This document shows positions 18,108 through 27,741 of a stretch of DNA of 64,000 nt, one piece after another. The position numbers and the translations under genes were made by a program. The notes below the pieces were generated by a model, which saw only the letters and a program-made list of their open reading frames with translations, searched no databases and was not told the origin of the DNA. Position 1 is the first letter of the stretch. The number at the start of each line of letters is the position of its first letter. This DNA comes from Candidatus Latescibacterota bacterium. Its GTDB lineage: Bacteria; Latescibacterota; UBA2968; GCA-2709665. The stretch covers positions 3,456,001 through 3,520,000 of the forward strand of contig OZ241917.1 of the NCBI GenBank assembly GCA_965203805.1. The letters are read 5' to 3'.

Positions 18108-19628
18108 CTAACTCTCCAAGGCCTCCAATCCGAACCGTTCCGAGGTCTCGAGCGTCTCCCTCACGTCGTCCCACGTGGTATTGTGGTTGAGGATGCACAT
18201 CCTCAGCGAAAACGTCCCGTGAAGAAGCGTCGACGAATAAAACGCCCGATCTTCCCAGAACACGCGCGCAAGCACCTTCCTGTTGATATCTTCCAGCGCC
18301 TCTTCATCCAGTTCCTCGTTGGATGGATTCACGCGAAAACAAACCACGCCCAGCGACACGGGCGTCAGAAGTTCCAGGTTCGGACGCTCCTCCACGTACG
18401 CGCCGGCGCGGTCGGCAAGCTCCATCCCTCTGGAAACGGCGCGACGAAACGCCGCCATCCCGAATGTCTGCACCGACATCCAGATCTTCAGCGCGCGCAT
18501 CGACCGGCTCAATTGCAGGCCCCGGTCCGCGATGTTGGGATGGTTTGCGCCCCATACCGTATCCTGCAGGATATCGGGATGCACACCGAAGGCGCGCTCG
18601 AGAGTGCCCGCGTCCTTGACGAGGAGGCCGCCAGCCTCGTACGGCTGGAAGAACCACTTGTGGGCATCCAGACCGATCGAATCGGCCCGCGCGATGCCGC
18701 GCAGCAGCTTCCTGCCGCGCTCCGTCACCGCCGCGAAGCCGCCGTAGGCCGCATCCACGTGAAGCCAGATCCCTTCCGCCTCGCAGAAATCCGCCATCGC
18801 CTCCAATGGGTCGATCGCCCCTGTGCTGCTGGTTCCCGCGTTGGCGCAAACCGCGACGGGATTGAACCCCCCTGCGATGTCTTCCGCGACGGACCGCGCC
18901 AGCGCGCTCATGTCCAGCCGGTACCGCTCATCGCTGGAGATCATTCGAATACATTCCCCGCGGACGCCCACGATCCCGGCCGCCCGGACCTGCGCGCTGT
19001 GGCTCTGGTCGCTCATGTACACGGTCGCGCGCTCGGGATGTCCTGCGGCCTCCCGCGCCGCAACGAACGCGTTTATACTGGCGGCTGAACCCCCGCTCGT
19101 GAGCAGGCCTCCCGCGCACTCAGGATAGCCGATCCAGCGTCGCAGCCAGTCAACGACAACCAGTTCAAGCTGGCTGGGACCGCTGGCAACCAGCCAGGTG
19201 CACACGTTGAGATTGTATCCCGCCGCCAGAAAGTCGGCGAGCACGCCAGGCCACGTGGGCGACGAGGGAATGAATCCGAAGGATCTCGGATGGTCGAGCC
19301 GAGTCGCGAATGACAGGATCTCCTTTGCGGCCTGTTCCATAACCGCGGCGGCGGGACGTCCCTCTTCGGGAGGCGCCTTCATCAACCGGTCTCCGAGTTC
19401 GCGCCGAAACTCGCCTTCCCATGCGTCTTCTTCGGGCAGGTCTTCGGTCCGTGCAACCAGGAGTTCGGCAGCTTTACGCGCCAGTTCGAGCATCGCCTCG
19501 GACGACATCTGAAGATCGCCGCGCACGCCGTTGTTTTTTTTCTTGTCGGATCCTATGTCGCCGTCTCGCTGTTCTTTATCTGCTTTCGGGAATTTCGCCG
19601 TTTGAGCCGTCTTCTCGCATCCTGGCAT
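18108..19628 (-). CDS. Group II PLP-dependent decarboxylase (aromatic-L-amino-acid/DDC-like)
   Basis: HPRSFGFIPS, LTSGGSAA, AGTSSTGAIDPL, WLHVDAAYGG, DAHKW (PLP lysine). The start could instead be 19508. Confidence 0.9.
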   Translation of the reverse strand: MPGCEKTAQTAKFPKADKEQRDGDIGSDKKKNNGVRGDLQMSSEAMLELARKAAELLVARTEDLPEEDAWEGEFRRELGDRLMKAPPEEGRPAAAVMEQAAKEILSFATRLDHPRSFGFIPSSPTWPGVLADFLAAGYNLNVCTWLVASGPSQLELVVVDWLRRWIGYPECAGGLLTSGGSAASINAFVAAREAAGHPERATVYMSDQSHSAQVRAAGIVGVRGECIRMISSDERYRLDMSALARSVAEDIAGGFNPVAVCANAGTSSTGAIDPLEAMADFCEAEGIWLHVDAAYGGFAAVTERGRKLLRGIARADSIGLDAHKWFFQPYEAGGLLVKDAGTLERAFGVHPDILQDTVWGANHPNIADRGLQLSRSMRALKIWMSVQTFGMAAFRRAVSRGMELADRAGAYVEERPNLELLTPVSLGVVCFRVNPSNEELDEEALEDINRKVLARVFWEDRAFYSSTLLHGTFSLRMCILNHNTTWDDVRETLETSERFGLEALES

Positions 19629-19788
19629 GATCTGCGACCGGCGTACGACATGCTTTCAATGATCGTTGAACGTCCCGCCTGAATAGATCATGACAGGAAG
19701 CCAAGACCCGGAAAGTTCATTTAATTGCACGAAATGAGTTGACATCTCGCAATGAATCCGGCATATATATCGCACGGGAGACGTGGTC

Positions 19789-19977
19789 GTGCAAACCAAT
19801 TCGATACAGATCCGGCGCCGGCTGGAAAGGGACGGATGGCGCCTTGCACGCCATGGCTCCGGTCACGACATCTATCGACATCCAGTCATCAGAGGTATCA
19901 TCACCCTCCCCGGACACAGAACAGTTTCTCCGGGCGTTGCCCGGTCCATCGCGAGAAAAGCAGGCTGGCTGGAATGA
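19789..19977 (+). CDS. hicA: HicA toxin
   Basis: LERDGWRL...GSGHDIYRHP...ITLPGH...SIARKAGW; TTGACA at 19739 upstream. Confidence 0.88.
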   Translation: MQTNSIQIRRRLERDGWRLARHGSGHDIYRHPVIRGIITLPGHRTVSPGVARSIARKAGWLE

Positions 19978-20001
19978 ACGCATGCCACGGAGGACCCGTA
20001 C

Positions 20002-20388
20002 ATGGTTCGATATGCCGCGCTGATCGATGGCGAAATCGGCGCTTACGGTGTGACGTTTCCCGACCTTCCCGGCATCGTCGCAATGGGAAAAACCGTGGAC
20101 GAGGCGCTCATGAACGCCGAGGAAGCGCTTCGCGATTATGTGATCGAGGCCGAGAAGGACGGTGAGACGATACCACCGCCAGGCGCTCTGGAACGGGTGG
20201 AGGTCCCGAACGGACAGGCGCTTGTGTCCGTCCCCATGATTCGAATCTCCGGCCGGAACGTACGCGCCCACATGACGCTGGATGAAGGCGTCGCGGCTTT
20301 TATCGACAGCGAAGCGCGGAGGCGACGCATGACCCGAAAAGCCTATGTCGAATGGATGGTCCGACGAATCGCGGAGATGGGCGGATAG
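20002..20388 (+). CDS. hicB: HicB antitoxin with C-terminal RHH-like domain
   Basis: YGVTFPDLPGIVAMGKTVDEALMNAEEAL; RAHMTLDEG...IDSEARRRRMTR. Confidence 0.9.
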   Translation: MVRYAALIDGEIGAYGVTFPDLPGIVAMGKTVDEALMNAEEALRDYVIEAEKDGETIPPPGALERVEVPNGQALVSVPMIRISGRNVRAHMTLDEGVAAFIDSEARRRRMTRKAYVEWMVRRIAEMGG

Positions 20389-20421
20389 GCGCCGCAAACG
20401 CACGCCCGGATACGCGGACAC

Positions 20422-21951
20422 TTATTCGAAAACGACCAGTTCGCCGTTCCTTACAACCAGCACGACCGAATCGTAAACCGCGTCGCCACTGTCGTCGAAG
20501 GAGAACGAGCCCAGAACCGTATCCAGGTCCCTCGTACCCGCCATCGCGTCTCGAATCGCGCCCGCATCGGTTGACCAGGCCCCGGCGATTGCCTCCGTGA
20601 GAATGTACATGGCGGCGTACGACTGCGCGGCCCACGTGTCAGGTTCAGTACCGTATTTCGCTACGTAATTCTCCACAAAAGCGTCATTTCCCGGCGTGGA
20701 TGCCGCGCCGGACCAGCTGACAAATGAAATCGCGCCCTCCGCAGCGTCACCCGCGGCATCGACTTCAGCCCTCGACAGAGCGGGAACAATAAAGGGTACG
20801 TTCGAAGCGATGCCGACCTCGCGCGCCTGAATCAATATCTCCGATAGTTCGGTACCCAGGGCCGAGACAAAGACGGCATGCGGATTCAACGCCTTGATGC
20901 GCGTTAACTGTTCCGTAAAGGTGGTATCGCCAGTGCCGATGGTTTCTCGTGCCAGGATTTCGACGTCGATTTCGGCCAGTGTGTTTCCGATCGCCTCGTC
21001 GCTGCTGCGGGAGAAGACGTCATTCTCGTCCACGATCAGGGCGACTCTGCGATACCTCAGCTTTTCCTGTGTCTCCCTGACGGAGCCGGGGACCAGCGCA
21101 TTGACGCTCAATCCGGCGCGGAAGATATAGTCACCTATCGCGCTCAGGCCGGCCGCAGTCGACGTGGAACTGAACGCAATGACCTCGTTCCGCTGGGCGA
21201 TCGGAAAGGCTTCGCTGGCGGCGGTGGAAATCACAGGACCGAGTATAGCAGACACACCGTCCTTGTCGATCAGTCTGTTGAACGCTTCCACAGCTCCGTC
21301 CGCGGTACCTCGTGAATCCTCGACAATGAAGCTGATGCGCGCGCCGCCCAGTTTCGTTGAACCGTTGATTTCGTTCTGCGCCAGCACAAACCCGTCTCGC
21401 GCGGGAAATCCGTATCGCGTCTGCGGGCCCGTCAGAGGAAGAACGACACCGATCGCAATCTCTGCCGGAAGCCCGCCGGGCGCCAGCATGATCGAACCCG
21501 CCACGCGGGCTCTGTCGCCGACCGGCAGTTCAACCGTCGTTTCGTAACCGCCGTTAACGGGAATACTTGACCAGGTTCCCAGCACACGACCGCCACGTAT
21601 CGCGCGCGCGCGGTAATAACCGGTCACCCGGTCATCTCCGATATTGATCCTCGCCAGGCCGCGGGCGTTGGTTGTGCCCGACCACATGTACTCTGCGGCC
21701 CTCCCCGATACGGATCGTCCGAGTTCCACGGTGACGCCGCTTACGGGCGCCTGACCCTGCGTTGCGCGGGCCACCACAACCGCCAACGCCCGGTCCCCGC
21801 CTGAAGCCAGTTTGCCCAGCGGCCGCACCGCCTGCCCGTCGGCCTCCGGCAATTGAGACGTCGTCATACGATCGCCGGCGCAGCCCCATGCCGCACATAC
21901 GGCTAGAAGCGGCATTAACACAGCGCGGATGGAGAAAGTCAGGTTACGCAT
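20422..21951 (-). CDS. Lipoprotein: conserved N-terminal module + LivJ-like solute-binding domain (type A)
   Basis: AGGAG RBS, lipobox AWGC, shared module, IGVVLPLTG, AQSYAA, C-terminal GSFSFDDSGDA. Confidence 0.88.
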   Translation of the reverse strand: MRNLTFSIRAVLMPLLAVCAAWGCAGDRMTTSQLPEADGQAVRPLGKLASGGDRALAVVVARATQGQAPVSGVTVELGRSVSGRAAEYMWSGTTNARGLARINIGDDRVTGYYRARAIRGGRVLGTWSSIPVNGGYETTVELPVGDRARVAGSIMLAPGGLPAEIAIGVVLPLTGPQTRYGFPARDGFVLAQNEINGSTKLGGARISFIVEDSRGTADGAVEAFNRLIDKDGVSAILGPVISTAASEAFPIAQRNEVIAFSSTSTAAGLSAIGDYIFRAGLSVNALVPGSVRETQEKLRYRRVALIVDENDVFSRSSDEAIGNTLAEIDVEILARETIGTGDTTFTEQLTRIKALNPHAVFVSALGTELSEILIQAREVGIASNVPFIVPALSRAEVDAAGDAAEGAISFVSWSGAASTPGNDAFVENYVAKYGTEPDTWAAQSYAAMYILTEAIAGAWSTDAGAIRDAMAGTRDLDTVLGSFSFDDSGDAVYDSVVLVVRNGELVVFE

Positions 21952-21973
21952 TGAATCTCCTCGTTTCCTGGAG

Positions 21974-23584
21974 TTACGGTACAAACCGATAGACCACCGG
22001 CAATTGCGAAGGGTCGGTGACGTTCGGATCCGTGTGGTGATAGATATTGATGCGCCCGGTTCCGCAATCTCCAAACTCATCGCTGGAGATCGTGCCGATC
22101 AGACCCTCGAATCCGGACGTGGCGAAGAGCTCCCGGCGCAGCGCGTTGCGGTCCACGATCAGCTTTCCGTCCCTTGCAAGCGCCACGGACTCAATGGCGC
22201 TGAGCAGCAGCGTCGTGGCGTCGTAGGAGTGCGCCCAGTACGGCGTGCCCGGAAACCCGCCGTGCGCGGCTTCATAGGCGGTCAGGACGTCCTCAACGCT
22301 TCTTCCGGTTACCCCATTGACATTTGTGCCCAGGTCTGCCTCCGGCCCGGCAGCGTAAACGCCCTCGGACTGCGGGGTGGCCAGAAATTCCGAATCGAGA
22401 AGGGCCGCGCCCGTGATAAGCGTCACGCCTTCCAGGCCGTCGAATTCCTTCGCCTGCCTCGCAAATGGTATTCCTTCCTCGTCGAATAGCGGGAAGAAGA
22501 TTCCGTCCGGCCCTGTCTCGGCAAACTGCGCGAGGACGGAGGTCATGTCCTCTTGCCCCTTGTCTATCCGGGCGCTGACCGGTACCTCGCCTCCCACGGC
22601 GGCGAACGCATCGCCGAACGCACTGACGAGGGCCGTCGTGTACGGGTCGCCGTCGTCCAGCGCTACCATGCGCCTCAGACCCAGTTCATTGTACGCGAAG
22701 TCAGCCACAGCCCGTGCCTGGTAGAGGTCGTTAACCGCAACGCGAAAGTATCCGGGGTGGTAGTCGGAACTTGCGTTGCCCGCCAGATCGGACGTCAGCC
22801 TCGGCGACGTATTGGACGGCGAGATCATCACGAGCCCGGCTTCGCTGATCACCGGCGAGGCGGCCACGGCCGCCCCGGAGCAGGAGGTCCCGATAACCCC
22901 CAGCACCCGCGAATCCGCGACAATCTGTTCCGCCCCCGCGCGTCCGCCGTCGGGACCGCACATGCCGTCGATTGCCTCACCGAGTTCGACGCCGTGACCA
23001 TGGATCATTCCAAAATCGGCAACGGCCAGTTCAACGGCATTTCGCGACGGATTGCCAAGCGACGCGGCGATGGTATGCGTGAGCAACGAACGAATGTGCA
23101 CGGCCTCGCCTCCGTCAATCGTCACCGGGGTCCGAACGTATGTACCCGTTACGCGAGCGTTTCCGCCAACGGGCAGATCGACCATGACTTCGTACCCCAT
23201 GTTAACGGGTATGCTCGACCACGAACCGAGCAGGCTCCCGGCATCCATGGCGCGTACCTGATAGTAACCGCCGCCCGACCCGACTTCGATCCGCGCCAGG
23301 CCGTTCGCGTCGGTGGCGCCCGACGACTGGAAACTGGCCGCCCGTCCTGAAATCGATCGCGCGATTTCCACCGTAACGCCGCCTAACGGCATTTGACCAT
23401 CCAGCACCCGGCCCACGACCAGGGCCGGAGTCACGTCCCCGCCGGAAGCCAGTTTGCCCAGCGGCTGACCGCCCGGTTCGCCGGACTCAGGCGCCTGCGA
23501 CGTCGTCACGCGTTCCCCGCCGCAGCCCCAGGTTACTGCTGCGACGAGTGTCAGCGCCAATAGACTGCGAGCCCAGTTAAACAT
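21974..23584 (-). CDS. Lipoprotein: conserved N-terminal module + branched-chain-amino-acid SBP domain (type B)
   Basis: Lipobox TWGC; DGMC, GVIGTSCSGA, SPSNTSP.LT, PGYFRV..ND, DEFGDCG. Confidence 0.88.
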   Translation of the reverse strand: MFNWARSLLALTLVAAVTWGCGGERVTTSQAPESGEPGGQPLGKLASGGDVTPALVVGRVLDGQMPLGGVTVEIARSISGRAASFQSSGATDANGLARIEVGSGGGYYQVRAMDAGSLLGSWSSIPVNMGYEVMVDLPVGGNARVTGTYVRTPVTIDGGEAVHIRSLLTHTIAASLGNPSRNAVELAVADFGMIHGHGVELGEAIDGMCGPDGGRAGAEQIVADSRVLGVIGTSCSGAAVAASPVISEAGLVMISPSNTSPRLTSDLAGNASSDYHPGYFRVAVNDLYQARAVADFAYNELGLRRMVALDDGDPYTTALVSAFGDAFAAVGGEVPVSARIDKGQEDMTSVLAQFAETGPDGIFFPLFDEEGIPFARQAKEFDGLEGVTLITGAALLDSEFLATPQSEGVYAAGPEADLGTNVNGVTGRSVEDVLTAYEAAHGGFPGTPYWAHSYDATTLLLSAIESVALARDGKLIVDRNALRRELFATSGFEGLIGTISSDEFGDCGTGRINIYHHTDPNVTDPSQLPVVYRFVP

Positions 23585-23981
23585 GCCAAGTCCCTCCATT
23601 CTGGCGATAATCCGCGAATTGGAAACGAAAAGGGTTCGGGCGTTTCGGAGACCCTTCAGGTCGCGGGACGTGAACGGGAAAATGTCCTTCCGGACGACCT
23701 TTTAGGCCCGGTGAGAAAATAACTGCAGGGTCACCGCGTTACCACACACGCCGCTTTGCATGGATACTTTTGGTGCCTTTTGTGCTTTTTGTGGCCAATT
23801 TTTCGGTTTTCTTTTTTCAAATTGAGGTTAAGCACTCTGGCACTCTATATTGCGGGACCCGAGAGAACGGCTCCGGTTATGCTGTTGTGTACAGACCCGA
23901 AAATGACAGGCAGCGATCACTGCCTGTCATTTTCGCGGAACATTTACCACGTTAAGTGCTTCGAAACCGCGAAACGCGGGC

Positions 23982-24104
23982 TCACTCGAGAATCTGGAAT
24001 TTACGGTCCCTCACAATCACTGTAATCGGATCGTTCACCGCGTCCCCGTCAGCATCGAAAGAGAACGCGCCCGGAGTGGTCTCCCGAGCGCCGCGGAGCG
24101 CATC
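23982..24104 (-). pseudogene. Orphan C-terminal relic of a type-A solute-binding protein
   Basis: Translates as DALRGARETTPGAFSFDADGDAVNDPITVIVRDRKFQILE*, matching the C-termini of the 20422 and 25866 products. No start codon. Confidence 0.8.
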
Positions 24105-25719
24105 ACGGTCCGAACCGATAGACCACGGGCAACTCAGCCGGGTCGATGACGCTCGTGTCCGTGTGGTGATAGATGTTTACACGTCCGGTACCGCAGTCTC
24201 CGAACTCGTCGCATGTGAGTTCCCCGATGAGACCGGGGAAGCCGGCTGTGGCCCCGATTTCCGCGCGTAGCGCAACGCGGTCAATGTACAATTTCCCGCC
24301 ATCGGTCACCGCGACGGCGTTGATGGCGCTCAGCAGCAGCGCCGTCGCGTCGTAGGAGTGCGCCCAGAAGGGATTGGTGTGGATTCCGGGAAAAAAGGAC
24401 TCGATCTCTGCAAGAACCGCACTTCCGCTCTTGCCGGTGGCGATATTGACGTTTTCGCCGTGAACCGGCTCCGGCCCGGCAAAATAGACGCCCTCGGACT
24501 GCGGCGTGCCGAGGAACTCCGAAAGAAGGAGGGCCGCGTCCGTGAGTAGCGTCGCGTCTTTCAGACCGTCGACCTCCCGCATCTGCTCGGCGAATCGTGA
24601 GCCCTCTGCGATAAAGAGAGGAAAGAAGATGCCGTCGGGTTCGGCATCCGAAAATTCCGCAAGGACGGACGTCATGTCCGTCTGTTCTTTCTCGATCCGT
24701 GAATTGACCGGGACCTCGCCGCCCAATTCACGGAACGCATTGCCGAACGCAGTGGTGAGACCCATGGTATACGGGTCGCCGTCGTCGATGGATACCATCC
24801 GCCGAAGGCCCAGTTCGTTGTATGCGAAGTCGGCGACGGCCTGCCCCTGGTACAGGTCGTTGTTCGCCGTGCGAAAATAGCCCGGGTGATAGTCCGGACT
24901 GGCGTTGCCGAAGAGGTCGGAAGTGAGCGTCGGCGACGTGTTGGCCGGCGAGACTATCACCAGGCCCGCCGCACTCAGCAGAGGTGAAGCCGCCACCGCG
25001 GATCCGGAACACAACGTGCCGATGATGCCGAGCACCTGTGGATTGGCGATGACCTGCTGTGCGCTGGCGCGACCGCCTTCCGCCGAACACATGCCGTCTA
25101 TGGGATCGCCGAGCTCAACCTCGCGACCGTGGATCGGACCGAAATCCCGAATGGCCAACTCGGCGCTGTACCGCGCCCAATCCGAAACCGAAGGCACGAT
25201 GACGTGCGCAAGCACTGTACGGATCTGTACGGCCTCGCCCCGGCCAAACGTGACCACGTCCCGAACGCTTGAACCCGTCACGAGCGCCCCGGCGTCAACG
25301 GACAGTTCGACCTGCGTTTCATATCCGTCGTTAACCGGAATGCTCGACCACGAACCCAGAACGTTGTCGTCCTGCATCGCCCGCGCCTGGTAGTATCCCC
25401 CCACCCGGGCGCCGCCGATAACAACCCTTGCCCGGCCGCGGGCATCGGTTGTGCCCGACCACTCAAAGTTCGCGGACCGGCCCGATACCGAACGCGAGAA
25501 CGCCACGGTGACGCCTTCGACCGCCGTCTCGCCATCTTGCACGCGGGCCAGAACCGCGGCCTGCTCGACGTCTCCGCCGGGAGCCAGTTTTCCGAGCGCA
25601 TGCCCCGGCTGATCCTCTGCCTCAGGCATCTGTGACGTCGTCACGCGCTCACCACCGCAGCCCCACGCCAGAACTGCGACAAGCGCCGGCAAAAACAAAT
25701 TGCCGTTTCGTGAGAACAT
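24103..25719 (-). CDS. Lipoprotein: conserved N-terminal module + SBP domain (type B)
   Basis: Lipobox AWGC; paralog of 21974-23584 along its whole length. Confidence 0.88.
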   Translation of the reverse strand: MFSRNGNLFLPALVAVLAWGCGGERVTTSQMPEAEDQPGHALGKLAPGGDVEQAAVLARVQDGETAVEGVTVAFSRSVSGRSANFEWSGTTDARGRARVVIGGARVGGYYQARAMQDDNVLGSWSSIPVNDGYETQVELSVDAGALVTGSSVRDVVTFGRGEAVQIRTVLAHVIVPSVSDWARYSAELAIRDFGPIHGREVELGDPIDGMCSAEGGRASAQQVIANPQVLGIIGTLCSGSAVAASPLLSAAGLVIVSPANTSPTLTSDLFGNASPDYHPGYFRTANNDLYQGQAVADFAYNELGLRRMVSIDDGDPYTMGLTTAFGNAFRELGGEVPVNSRIEKEQTDMTSVLAEFSDAEPDGIFFPLFIAEGSRFAEQMREVDGLKDATLLTDAALLLSEFLGTPQSEGVYFAGPEPVHGENVNIATGKSGSAVLAEIESFFPGIHTNPFWAHSYDATALLLSAINAVAVTDGGKLYIDRVALRAEIGATAGFPGLIGELTCDEFGDCGTGRVNIYHHTDTSVIDPAELPVVYRFGP

Positions 25720-25814
25720 AACGAGTCACCTTCATTTTCGAAGACGTCGAAAAACGGAATACATACCCGAAAGCGGCGACTATGGACGCCGGAACCTGCC
25801 GGCGATTTTAACGT

Positions 25815-25850
25815 AAAACAGCCTCCGGACACATTGGCATCCGGAGGCTG
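25815..25850 (-). terminator. Rho-independent terminator downstream of the 25866 gene
   Basis: CAGCCTCCGGA-loop-TCCGGAGGCTG stem followed by TTTT on the minus strand. Confidence 0.7.
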
Positions 25851-25865
25851 GAGACGTGTACTTGA

Positions 25866-27383
25866 TTACTCGAACAACTCGAATGCGCCGTCCCTGACGA
25901 TCAGCACGATGGGATCGTAGACCGCGTCGCCGTCGTCATTGAACGAGAACCGGCCCAGAATCGTGTCGACATCCCGGGTAGCAGCCATTGCATCCTTAAT
26001 TGCGCTCGGGTCCGTCGATCCGGCGTGCGCGATAGCATCCGCAAGTATGTTCAGCGAGGCGTACGAAAGCGCGGCCCACGGACTCGGTTCACTATCGTGT
26101 TCCATCATATAACTGTCAATGAAGGTCTGATTCCCGGGCGTGGAAGCGTTGGTTGCCCAACTCGTAATGCTGATCACACGTTCCGCGGCCTCTCCGGCGG
26201 CGGCCACTTCAGCCAACGTCATTTCGGGAATGACGATGGGGATGTTCGAGGGTATGCCAACTTCGCGGGCCTGGATCATTATGTCAATCATCTCTGATGC
26301 CAGACACGAGACAAAGATGGCGTGCGGATTCAGCTCTTTGATGTTGTTCAACTGGGCCGCGAACGAGGTATCTCCCGTCGCAAAGGTCTCCCGGCCCAGA
26401 ATCTCCACATCGCCTTCCGCAAGGGAATTGCTCACCGCCTCGTCCAGACTCCGGGAATAGACGTCGGCGTCGTCTACCATTGTGGCGACCCTGCTAAACC
26501 TCAGTTTCTCCTGCAGTTCCTTGACTGCGCCCGGGACGAGCGTACCCACGTTGAGACCGGAGCGGAAAATATAGTCCCCGATCGCGCTCAGGCCAACGGC
26601 GGTGGAGGTCGAACTGAATGCCAGAACTTCGTTCTGTTGGGCGATTGGGAACACTTCCTTTGCCACGGTGGAAATGCCGGGGCCCAGGATGACGGTGACA
26701 CCGTCTTCGTTGATGAGTTTGTTGAACGCCGCGGTGGCAGCGTCGATCGTGCCCTCCGTATCCTCGACGATAAATTCGATACTTGCGCCGCCGAGTCTCT
26801 GAGAGTCGTTTATTTCTCCTTGAGCCAACTCAAAGCCTTCCAACGCCGGCACGCCGTACACCTCTTGCGGACCCGTCAGCGGCACAGCCACGCCGATCGC
26901 GATCTTCGCGGGCAGACCGCCGGGCGTCAGCGCGATAGAACCTGACACGCCTGGCTTGTCGCCGATCGGCAGTTCAATTGTCGACTGATAACCGCTGTTG
27001 ACCGGTATGCTCAGCCACGAACCGATCTCGCTTCCGCCGCTCATGGCCCGCGCCGTATAGTAGCCGGTTACGCCGGCGCCGCCGATATCCAGGTACGCCC
27101 TGCCTCGCACATTGGTCGTTCCGGACCATTTGTAATCGGCCGGCCGGCCGGAAACCGATCGCGAGAACTCCACGGTAGCGCCGCTTACGTGCATCCCGCC
27201 GTCATGCACGTGCGCTACGACCACGGCCCGCATCATGCCATTCAGGGCCAGCTTGCCCAGGGGTTGGCCGGCGCCGTCCCCTGCCTCCGGTACCTGAGAC
27301 GTTGTCAGGCGCTCGCCGCCGCAACCCCATATCAGGCCTGTGGAAAGCGCAAACAGCAACACAGTGCGAAAACTACGAAACAT
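25866..27383 (-). CDS. Lipoprotein: conserved N-terminal module + LivJ-like SBP domain (type A)
   Basis: GGGAGG RBS, lipobox IWGC; paralog of 20422-21951. Confidence 0.88.
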   Translation of the reverse strand: MFRSFRTVLLFALSTGLIWGCGGERLTTSQVPEAGDGAGQPLGKLALNGMMRAVVVAHVHDGGMHVSGATVEFSRSVSGRPADYKWSGTTNVRGRAYLDIGGAGVTGYYTARAMSGGSEIGSWLSIPVNSGYQSTIELPIGDKPGVSGSIALTPGGLPAKIAIGVAVPLTGPQEVYGVPALEGFELAQGEINDSQRLGGASIEFIVEDTEGTIDAATAAFNKLINEDGVTVILGPGISTVAKEVFPIAQQNEVLAFSSTSTAVGLSAIGDYIFRSGLNVGTLVPGAVKELQEKLRFSRVATMVDDADVYSRSLDEAVSNSLAEGDVEILGRETFATGDTSFAAQLNNIKELNPHAIFVSCLASEMIDIMIQAREVGIPSNIPIVIPEMTLAEVAAAGEAAERVISITSWATNASTPGNQTFIDSYMMEHDSEPSPWAALSYASLNILADAIAHAGSTDPSAIKDAMAATRDVDTILGRFSFNDDGDAVYDPIVLIVRDGAFELFE

Positions 27384-27741
27384 AACGAACCCTCCCAATG
27401 TTGTGGACTACCGGTGATATAGAGCCAGGAAGCAGCAAACGGCGAGCGCAGGAAACGCACCCATCCGAATTGGCCCCTGACTCGTCGACACATTCGGATA
27501 TAAGCAGAATGCCACAACCTGAACAAAGAACATCCTGCCGACAGCGTTCGAGTGCGCTGCGGTGATTGGCAGTATTATTGAATATAAGTTCATTTCGCGT
27601 GAAGACAAGGGCATACGGGAGTTTCTTTTAAAAAATATGACGGTTTCCGGGGGCTGGCGCTACCGGAGACACGATTGGACGCCCACCAAGTTCGGGGCGA
27701 CCAAAGCGCCCCGGATCGGGTAAAGTGCCCGATTTCATGTA

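Noticed and set aside
27400-27740. Riboswitch upstream of the SBP array
   Set aside because: I recognised no glycine, SAM, TPP, cobalamin or other aptamer consensus; only a possible TTGTCT-16bp-TATATT promoter on the minus strand.
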